Shown here piece after piece: positions 47,946 through 59,900 of a DNA stretch of 64,000 nucleotides. This stretch comes from a virus. A program made the translations under genes and the position numbers. The stretch covers positions 1 through 64,000 of IMG/VR virus record IMGVR_UViG_3300042863_000147; one strand, given 5' to 3'. The notes under the pieces are model-generated. The model did no database searches and was not told the DNA's origin. It worked only from the letters and a program-made list of their open reading frames with translations. The first letter of the stretch is position 1, and each line of letters begins with the position of its first letter.

Positions 47946-50900
47946 ATGGCGGATATTAAAAAATCAGTTAATCTATTACCCGAGTATCTAAGAACTAGTA
48001 AGAATTCTAAATTTTTATCTAGTACAATTGATCAGCTTATTCAAACTCCGAGAGTTGAAAGAGTTGATGGGTATGTTGGATCTAAACTAACGCCTAACTA
48101 TAATCCTTCTACAGATTTTTATATTAAACAAGCGTCACTATTAAGACAAAATTATAGTTTAGAACCTGCCGCCATATTCAATGATCAAGCAGGCAACGTG
48201 ACTGATGTAGTGTCGTATGACGATTTAATTAACGAGCTGTCAATTCAAGGAGCAAAGACTGACAATTTAGATACTTTACTTAGATCAAAGTTCTATGCCT
48301 ACGACCCATTAATTGACTGGGACAAAATAGTTAATTACACGGACTACTATTGGGTTCCGTTAGGACCCGATGCTATTATTTTATTTGATGAAAATTTAGA
48401 TGTCACCGATATTATAGGTAACCAGACTTACACAATGAGTAATGGTTATCCATTGTCTAATGGAATGAAGATTGCATTTTTTGATAATACAATTCAAGCC
48501 GAATATAGGAGAAAAGAATTTATAGTAGAAGGAGTCGGTTCATCGATTAAATTACTTGATTTTTCATTGTTGAGTTCAAATGACAGAATATCTCGAGTGT
48601 TTGATGAAGAGTTCGATTCGACTATTTTTGATAGTTACCCATTTGATAGTGATAGAAAGTTTCCTATCACTCCAGATTACATCACTATTAATAGGTCAAG
48701 TAATGATTTAAACCCATGGTCGAAGTATAATAGATGGTTTCATAGAGATGTAATTCAAGCCACTGCAGAAATTAATAAAGTTCCAGTGATTTATCCGTTA
48801 GCGGCTAGAGCTCGACGACCTATTATTGAATTTAAGCCTAACATTCAGTTATTCAATTTTGGAAAAGTAGGCATCAGAGATGTCGATGTTATTGATGTGA
48901 CTACTAAAGATGCCTTTAATGAAGTTGATGGCACGTATGGGTATTATGTTGATGGGGTGTTATTGCAAAAAGGACATCGTGTAATTTTTAATGCAGATTC
49001 TAATAACGATGTTAGAGGTCGCATATACGAAGTTAATTTTGATGTTACCGGCCCTGTTCCTGTACTAAGATTAGTCGTTCCTTCCGACAATCTTCCGTCT
49101 GAGCTAGATTCAGTGGGAGTAAATTTTGGTACAGATTATTACGGAACAAATTGGTTCTTTGACTCGTCGATAAATCAATGGAAATATGCACAACAACACA
49201 ATGCAGTGAATCAGCCTCCGCTGTTTGATCTGTTCACGAATGACGGAATTAGTATTTCTAAGATCACAGATGCTAGTAATTTTACAGGAAATCAAATTTT
49301 TGGTTATGAGGTAGGCACCGGAGTAGTTGATGAAGTTTTAGGATTTCCATTAAAATATAAAAACAATATTAAAGTAGGAACAGGAAGTTTTCCTTTTAGA
49401 ACATATTTTTTAACTGATGTTATTTCGATTATTTCTAATAATCAAAGTAGCAGTCTGTCTGCTTCTACTACCTTTTTAAAATTAAATGATTCGTTAGTTA
49501 ATATTTGGGTAGAGGCAGAAGATTATCAAATTCCTATAATTGAAGTTCAGACTATATCAGAATCTACGTCTTCTCTAGTACTGACTTGTTTAGATAAACC
49601 TATTAACACTAATATTTCAGTTACTGCATCTGTTAATGATGTAATAGTTCCTGTGACAATCACTGCAACTCCATCTAGCGTTACAGTGAATACAGAAGAT
49701 ATTCTGCCAGCAGGCTCTACAATACAGTTAAAAATTGAAACAGATCAGTTGCCTAACAGCAACGGGTTTTATGAAAGTCCAGTGGGCCTTACAAAGAATC
49801 CACTAAATGAAATTATATCATCTATAACTCTTAGTGAGTTAGGTGATCATTTGTCTTCAATGACAGGAAAATTAACTGGATTTACAGGAAAGAATTTAAG
49901 GGATTTATCTAACTATACCAAATATGGATCTAGGCTAGTAGCTAACGCTAATCCTATTGTATTTTCACAGATATTTTTAGGAAAGAAAGAACATAATGTA
50001 ATTGATGCAATTAGACAAGCAGGTACGTTCTATGATCAATTTAAGATGAACTTTCTAAGATTACTTACTACAGTGGATGATCAATTGTCCGCTGCGGATG
50101 CATTAGATGAAGTTTTAAAAACTATTAACAAAGCCAGAGATGTTAAGTCGCCGTATCAGAGATCTGATATGTTAGGTTACGGTGATGATAAAATAGTAAG
50201 AACATTTACGGTTACGAGTAGAGGCAATGTAGAGTATCCTACTGGAATTGAATTTGATTTAACTAGATTGAGTTTTAACTCTGTGTTAGTTTATCTAAAC
50301 AGTGTGCAATTAATTGCCAATCGAGATTATACATTTGACTACATTAACGGTTCAGTTACACTACTGACTGCATTAAACATAGATGATGTTATTTCTATTA
50401 ATTATTATCCTAACACCCTAGGAACATATATACCTCCTACTCCTAGTAAATTAGGATTGTATCCAGCATATGTACCTGAGTTATTTACAGATACTTCTTA
50501 TGTAACACCTTCGTTGTCTATTAGAGGACACGACGGAAGTATTATAAAGGCATACGGTGACTACCGAGATGCGATAATTCTTGAATATGAAACTAGAGTC
50601 TATAACAATATTAAAACACAGTATCGAAAAGAAGTATTCGACATCATCGGAATTCAACCTTCGGCATTTAGAATGTCAAAGTATGATATTGATGACTTGA
50701 ATAATATTCTAGTTAATGACTTTTCTAGGTGGTCTGGTATTAACAATATTGATGCATCTGCCAATACAGTTTTTGATGAAGGAAATCCTTTTACTTGGAA
50801 CTATAAAGGTAGCGTCGATAATGTATTAGATTCCGTTGTATCTGGGTACTGGAGAAGTTTGTTTAAGTATTTCTATGACACTGATTGTCCCAACACCAGA

Positions 50901-53900
50901 CCTTGGGAAATGTTAGGGTATTCTATCAGACCTGAATGGTGGATCGATACTTACGGAACCGCTCCTTATGCATCTACTAATACATTATTATGGAATGATT
51001 TAAAGAATGGATATTCGAGAGGAGAAAATGCAGTATTCTCTAAATATGTGCGTCCTGACTTATTATCAATTATTCCTGTAGATTCGACTGGTAATCTAAA
51101 GAGTCCAAACTTGTTCTTAGTGTCCCCTAACGGATACCAAGATAAAATTGCAAAATGGACATTTGGCGATCAGTCACCTGCAGAAACCGCATGGCGCAGA
51201 AGTAGTAACTGGCCTTTTGCAATTAACGCAGCCGCTGCTTTATTAGATCCTTGCGGGTACTGTTCTGCATTATATGATGTTAGTAGAACTTCTGTAAATG
51301 CACTAAATCAAATTACATATCAAACAGATGGTCTCTATTTAAATCCTAAAAATCTATTGATAGAAGGCGAGGATAATACTCAAGTTGCAGGATTCGGAAC
51401 GTATCTTGTTGAAAAGGGAAAACAAAAAGATCAAAATTATGTCAATACACTACGGCAAGATTTAACAAATCTTAAAGTAAGTCTGTTTCATAAATTAGGC
51501 GGATTTGCTAGCAAGGAAAAATTGCAAATTATTATTGATTCAATTGATCCTACATCGACTAGTCCAGGGGTTGTCTTACCACCAGAAGACTATTCATTGA
51601 TTTTAAACGTAAGTAACCCTATTAAGGTTGCAAGAGTTTCTGGAATTATAGTACAAAAATCAGAAGGAAAGTTTATAATCAAAGGTTACGATGTTGCTAA
51701 TCCTTATTTTGAAATACTACGTCCTTTAAAAACTGCAATTTCAGGAGTAGTTAAAGTAGGAGGTGTGTCAGAGCAATTCAGCGACTGGTCTAATGTCGTT
51801 AATAACGGCAACAAAGGTCTAAGTTCAGTAGATACAACTTCTGCCAATTCAACAACTAGTCGGTATTATAAGCAAGGTCAGTTAGTAAGATATAACAGCC
51901 GATTTTATAGAGTTAAAGTAGGACACGAAGCACAATCAACATTTGATTCTTCGTTGTATCAGGCTCTTCCTGAATTGCCAATAGTTGGCGGTGCAGTTGC
52001 ACAACTACCTGCAAGATATGAAACTGAAGTTACTAAAGTTCCCTATGGCACTGAAATGACATCAGTTCAAGAAGTGTATGATCTGATTGTTGGATACGGT
52101 GCATTTCTTGAAAAAGAAGGATTTGTGTTTGATGAATTTAGTACTGAGCTAAATGAAATATTAAATTGGAAATTCACAGGTAAAGAATTTTTGTACTGGA
52201 CAACTCAGAACTGGGCTGATAATAGTCTAATTACATTGAGCCCTTTTGCGAATTATTTAAAATATAGTTTCCCTAATTCTGTTACTGACAACATTACTTC
52301 TAGCAAATACGAATACAGTCTGTTGAAGGCTGATGGAAAACCTTATCCTATTGAACGAGTGACAACAGATAGAGAGGATACTGTATGTACAATTAGAACA
52401 AATGATCCTAATGAAGGATTATTTTTCGCAACATTAAATTCTGTGCAAAAAGAACATGGCATGGTGTTTAATAATTTTACAATTTTTAACGACACAATTT
52501 ATGACACCCCGACTGGGTATAAACAACGAAGAATTAAACTTTCTGGATTTAGAACTAAAGACTGGAACGGTGATTTGTTTAGTCCAGGGTTTGTTTTTGA
52601 CAACGTCAAAATCACTGACTGGAAGTCGTACGAAAATTATTTGCCAGGTGCAGTAGTAAGATACAATGGAAAATATTATGAATCATTAGTAAGGATTACT
52701 GCCGATTCAACATTTGATTTTACTAAGTGGAGCCAGTTGGCCGATAAACCTGAATCACAACTTCTTCCAAACTTCGATTACAAAATAAATCAATTTGAAG
52801 ATTTTTACAGTTTAGACATTGATAATTTTGATTACGGACAGCAACAACTAGCCCAACGCTTGACAGGATATACTCCTAGAACATATCTAAATAATATTTT
52901 TACAAACCCTATTAGTCAGTATAAATTTTATCAAGGACTGATCAAAGATAAGGGTACTAAGAATGCAGTTGATAAATTATCAAAGGCTAGTGAATTTACT
53001 AACAAAGGTGATATTACTTTTAAAGAAGAGTGGGCATTTAGAATAGGTCACTATGGAAGTTATGAAACATTTAAAGAAATTGAATTTCCTTTAACAGAAG
53101 GTTCTTCTTTAGAAAATCCTTATATAGTTAAGTTTGACAACACTAGTCCTTTCGATGCTAATCCTTTAATTAACTATGTGACTCCTGCAGATCTGTTAAT
53201 AACATCAACGGACTATAATCCAGCATCTACATTTTCGTCGTATCCTAGCACTTGGTTAGATAATAACATAAAATTATCCACGGCTGGATATGTACGCCCT
53301 GATGATATAACTTCTACGGCATACAATAAAAATAGCTTATTAGACATTGCTAATAATTCCATTATAAAAAATGGAGATACCATTTGGCTCGGGTTCCAAG
53401 AAAATGGCGATTGGACAGTTTATAGGTATATTAATCAGTTAGCAAAGATTACTGGAGTATTTGTTAGTGCGCCTGGTAGTGAAATTACATTTGTATCAGA
53501 CAGTCATCACGGTCTACAAATTGGAGATATTATTTCTATAGTCCGATTTAATGAACAAGTCGATGGTGTATATGTTGTTAATAATGTAACTGAATTAAAT
53601 CAATTTACAGTTTCTTCGGAACTTGCAAGTATAGAAAATGCCGAACTATTAAATTACGGATCTTTATACAAGTTTGAAAATGCCAGGTACAGTAATTTAA
53701 CAGAACTGTCTCAGGTCACTGATTTATTAAAATTAAATGCAGGCGACAAAGTTTGGATTGACGAAGGCCTTGCAGGCAAGTGGCAAGTATATGAGAAAGT
53801 TAAAAATTATCTCACAACGGCCATTGAGCCTGCTAACTTTCCAATGGGTCAAAAATTTGGATACACTATTTTTGCAACCGATGATAGCCTTGTAATGTTA

Positions 53901-56900
53901 GTGTCTTCTCCTAGTTGGAGAATCGACGGAGCATTTAGCCAAGGTCGAGTTAAAGTTTTAAATAAAGTTAATAATAAGTGGGTTAATCGATACGACTACA
54001 TGTTAAACAATAGTCGAGATGTCTATTGTAGCCCAACTAGCTCAACTCAGTTCGGATATTCTCTAAACTATGATTTAAATAAAAAATTATATTTTACAGG
54101 TGCTCCTGAAGCAACATACGTTCGTGCTCCTTTGACTACTGGAACAGTTATTTTAAGTACTGGTTCCGGAGTGGCAAAAACATTCATTAACGAAGGCTTG
54201 GTTAAAATTAACAGCAGGTCTGAGGACTTTGGTATTATTAACGTTGATCTAGTATTAGTTAATCCTAATGCCGGAACCGAATTGACTGCAAATAATTCTA
54301 GATTTGGTCACTCGATATATATTGATCAGGTTGAAAAAACTTCTGCTACTACTGTCCTGGTGAGCGCCCCCGGTACCTCTACTTTTGCAGGAGTGGGATC
54401 AGTATATGCATATAGATTGACACCGGACACCGTGGATAGTATTACAACTGCAACACTTAGCGTACATCCTTCCGGATTAAGTGTTGAATCTACTTCTTCA
54501 ATTGTGTTATCTAATGGATCACAATGGGGTTATAAAATTGCAGGATCTAATGACGGGTTGTTAATTGCAATTAGCGCACCTGGATATTCTACAGCTACTG
54601 GTGTAGTTCAATTATTTGATAGTAATTTGCAGCATGTGCAAACGATCCTCTCACCGTTCGGTGAAAAAGGAAAATTTGGGTACGATATTACTGTATCATC
54701 TTCAAAACAATATTTGATTATCTCTGCACCTGAAGTTAAAAGTTCAAATGTGCCATTTGGAAAAGTTGTAATATATACATTAACTGATGACGGTACATAT
54801 GAGTTGTACCAAATGATTAATAATCCCTTACCCGGAGTAGATTTAAAATTTGGATATTCTATCTCGATTAGCGATGATGAATCAACTATTGCAATCGGGT
54901 CGTTAGGTAAGAGCCGTTCAAAAGAACAAGTATATGACAGTAACAGCAACATACCTAGTACTGTATTTGACAGCGGCTCGACTACATTCTTTGAATCACT
55001 ACCTGATGCTGGTACAGTTTATGTCTATAATAAATTAGGAGACTATTTTGTTCAGGCAGATGAACTAAACGATGTTCTGATTGTACCGGGCAGCAGATAC
55101 GGTAGTGCGGTTATTGCAACAAATGACGAAATTTTTGTAGGATCCCCTACGTCTCAAAATAATGTTGGATCTACAGAAGACCAATCTAATTTATTCATAT
55201 TTGGTAAAAAAGATAAAGACTCGTTGAGTTGGAAACTGTTAAGAGAGCAAACAGATACTACTGAAATATCTAATATAACTCGAGTCGCATTAATTGACAC
55301 GTTAAATGAGGAAGTAATTGATTACTTAGATGTAATCGATCCACTGAAGGGTAAGATTGCCGGCATTGCAGAACAAGAATTAAAATTTAAAGCAGCATTT
55401 GATCCTGCAGTATATTCTATTGGTTTAGCAGGTGTAATAGTTAATACTACTATTAACTGGATGGACGAACACGTAGGGGAACTATGGTGGGATCTAAGCA
55501 CAGCCAAGTACATGTGGTATGAGCAAGGTGATGAAATTTATAGAAAAAATAACTGGGGTCGAATGTTCCCTGGTGCAAGTATTGATGTCTATGAATGGGT
55601 TAAATCGGATCTATTACCGAATGAATGGGCTGCACAAGCCGATACTACTGAAGGACTAGTGAATAGTATAAGCGGACAGCCAAAGTACCCTGACAATAGT
55701 GTTATTTCTGTTAAGCAATTGTTTAACAACGTAACCGGCTCATTTGAAAATGTATATTATTACTGGGTAAAGAATAAAGTTACCTTGCCAGCAGCAAAAA
55801 ATAGAAGATTGAGCGGATCTCAAGTTACAAGTTACATTGCTGATCCTGTAGCATCGGGGTTAAAGTTCATTGAAGTACTATCTACTAATGCCGTTGCATT
55901 TGCTAACGTTCAGCCTTCTTTAATTAGTGACAGAATTAACGCAAACATTGCCATTGACTTAAATTCAGTTGTGCCCAAGCACACTGAGTGGTTGCTGTTA
56001 AATGAAGGTGATCATACTAGTGTTCCTAATACTCTGTTAGAGAAAAAACTATTTGATAGTTTAATTGGTCAAGATTCACTTGGTAACGCAGTACCAGCAG
56101 ACGAGCTCACTTCGAGGAATAGGTACGGCATTGGTATCCGCCCTCAGCAGACCTTATTTAAAGATCGGCTTGGTGCTCTAAGAAATGCACTAACTTTTGT
56201 AAATTCTGTCCTAGCATCTAATCAAATTGTTGGCATATATTCTTTTGAAACGCTCAACAAGAGAGAAGAAATTCCTAATTTACAATTGTATGAGTATGAT
56301 TTAATTGTCGAAGACTTGGACGTACTTCAGGAAATTTCTACAATAAATTATGTCAGAGCCGAAGTAACCTGTCATGCATTGAATGGAAAATTAAGAAATA
56401 TAGTTATTGATAATCCTGGATTTGGTTATCTTATCGCTCCTAAGCTGACAATACTTTCTTCAAGCCGAACACCTGCTGAAGTAGTTACTGAAATAGATGC
56501 ACAGGGCAGAGTAATCTCTGCTAGCATTGTATCAGCTGGGGCCGGGTATGATGATGGAATATTATCATCATTAATCCGTCCGCATTCTGCTATTGTTGAA
56601 GTTAATAACTTAGCAGGTAATCGTTGGACTAAACACAGTTTTGATTATGATTTGAAAGCATGGACTACTGCACAAACGCAGAAATATAACACGCCACTTT
56701 ATTGGTCAAAGATTGACTGGGTAAGTAAAGATTACGATTCTTACAGGCTAGTTGCATACACGATATCTGATTTATTTGAATTAGGATCTTTGTCATCTGT
56801 TGAGGCAGGTGAGTATGTAAAAGTTAAAAATATCGGTGATGGCAACTACGCAATACTTAAAAAAGTAGAAGACGGCGGAAATTACATTCCGTCTTATGAT

Positions 56901-59900
56901 ATTATATATCGTGAGCAAGGTACTATTCAGATATCTGACTTATTATGGAATTATAATTCTGGAAAAGTGGCATATGATGCTGCAACAATTGAAGAAACAC
57001 TATATGATCAAATTCCTAGTCAAGAATTGCTGTACATATTAACTGCTTTAAAGAATGATATCTTTGTAAATAATTTAAAAGTAAATTGGAATTTATTTTT
57101 CTTCAATGCAGTAAAATATGCCCTAACGGAACAGAAATTATTAGACTGGGCATTCAAAACATCGTTCATTAATGTAAAAAATAAAATAGGCACATTAAAT
57201 CAGCGTTCTGTTTATAACTTAAACAACGAGCAATATTTTGAACAGTACATTAATGAGATTAAACCATATCATACAAAAATAAGAAGTTATACATCTGCCT
57301 ACGACAAAACTGAGCAAGCCGATGTATATACTACCGATTTTGACTTGCCCTCTTATTACAATACCTTAACTGATACGCTTGATGTGGTTCAGTTAGGAGA
57401 TTCATTAATATCTACTGCACCGTGGAAATCTTGGAATGAGAATTACAAGTTGTACGTCGGTGCGATCGAAGTTGGATATACTGGATCAGGTTATACTCAG
57501 CGTCCAACTGTTACTATTACAACTATACCAGGAGATACAGGAACAGGTGCCGCGGCTGAGGCCTATATTAGAAATGGATCAGTATATAAAGTTCTTGTGA
57601 CTAATCCAGGAAGTGGATACACTATGCCGCCTACAGTTACTATTACAGGCGGTGGCCAAGTTACTGATGTTGCTAGGGTATCGGTAGTTATGGCTAACAA
57701 TAATGTTAGAAAAAATATTATAGGAATGAAATTTGACAGGACTTCAGTAGAAGGAGATTTAATTGATTTAACTGTGACTGACGAATTCATTTGCGACGGG
57801 ACACTAGATAAATTTACATTAACTTGGCTAGCAAGTCCGGATAAAAAAACTATAACACCTTTATTGGACGGTAAGTTAATATATGGAACAGATTATACCA
57901 TAGAGTATTATCAAACTAAAGTCTCTGATCGGTATGTAGATGTTGATAAGTCTTTTCCAAAAGGTTCGTGGGAAGGTGAAACGATGGTCGACCATCGTTA
58001 TAGATACTTCGTGAATACTAATAGTACCGATGATGTTGTTGGATCAATTAGACATTATGCTAAATTTGTATTCTTAAAACAAGTCCCTAACGACGGTCAG
58101 GTGTTTAAGATTACATATAAAAAGAGTCTAGATTTATACAATGCAATTGATAGAATTAACAGTTTGTATAATCCTACAGATGACATGCCTGGGAAAGAAT
58201 TACCGTTGCTAATGTCTGGTGCAGAATATCCTGGTACAAGTTTGCAAGGACTAATGTTTAATCAAACACCGCAATGGGATAGTACGGGCACACAGTATGA
58301 CACAGCACCTTGGGGCGATTACATTAGCAGTTATACTACTAAGAAGTTGAAAAGCGATTTGTACATTGGGACACAAAATTTTACCGTTGATTCAACTGAT
58401 GGTATTGCTGTAGGACAAACTGTAAAAGTAGTCGGCACATCGACAGTCGCTCACTTTAAACCAGGCACAGTAGTTACTGATGTCCTTTCCGGATCTAACC
58501 AAGTTATTATAGGTACATTAAGTACTGAAAAAACAATGATCACACATGCAGTATCTACCAATACAGCTATCGGATCCGTTGTTACTTTAGAAACTTCTAA
58601 ATTGTTCCATACTGCAATTAATAAGGATGACTTTATACAGATTAATGGCATTGAAAGTTTATTGGGTCGAGGAATTTCTTTATATGTAAATGTAATATCA
58701 CCTCCGGCGGTATCAACTTCGACTGCAATACCTTCAGTGACTGTAACATTTAGTCCTCCTGATTTCCCAGGAGGAATTCAAGCAACTGGTATTCCAGTAT
58801 TTGACCAAAATACAGCAACTGCGGTTCTAGTCACTAATCCTGGAATGGGATATCGTAATGCACCAACGGTAACATACACAGGTACTAATATGCTATCTAC
58901 TGGATTTGCAGTAGCGTATCTAGATCCAGGTTATAATCAATTTGCACAAGTTACAACTTGTACATCTAATACTTTACAATTTAGAACAGCATTTACTTTA
59001 AGCAGTACTGCAACAATCTTAGAACCCGGAGCAGGATTTTATCTAGCTAGCCAAATTGTGAATGAAATCGGATCGGCTGATAAACTGATAGATCATGTTA
59101 CACTAGTCTCGAGTGGAACTACATCTATTTCAGTTAATACATTTGCACCTCGAAATAATGTTGTTCGTGCAGAAGTTACTTTAAATTCGACGCAAATTAA
59201 TTCAACTAGCACTGACACACTTTGGTACAGTATTTCAAATTCAGTCGATGGATATAATCGAGCAGTCGTAACAATTCAAGATACATTAACTAATACAATC
59301 ATTAACGGTGATGTTGATGTTAAATTGTATGATAACACTGAACTTGAATTTTATACATACGATACTGATTATAATTTAGATAGTATTGTTGATGGATCCA
59401 ACTTAGTTGACACTTCTGTAGGATACAAACCAGAAGATATCGTTATAGACGGAAATACATTCTTAAATGCTTTTGATTCTTATGCACCTGAAGAATGTGT
59501 GCCCGGCCATGTAAGAGATTCAGTGGGTATAAATGTTTATACTGTTTCTGAACCATCAGCTCCTTTGGTAATTTCTGGAGCATTTGCAGCAATTGATTCT
59601 GGAATATCTGCAGCAAAATTAAGTTTTGTGCCAGATACTCCTCTAGGATTCTTAGTATATGCAAATGGAAAATCATTTACACGAGTAGCAAACCAAGCAG
59701 CGTTTAGTTCTTCTACACAATATTGTTTCTATGAAGGCAGCATCGTAGTTCCTGCACAACCAGCAAACACTAGAGTAGGATACACCTATGTTACCGCAGG
59801 TGCAGATGTATTATTTGATAGCAGTTACGTATCTACTGATACTGAACAGTCGGGTAACACAGGTACTGCAATGGCGTCTAGTTTGCTGTTAATTGACGAT

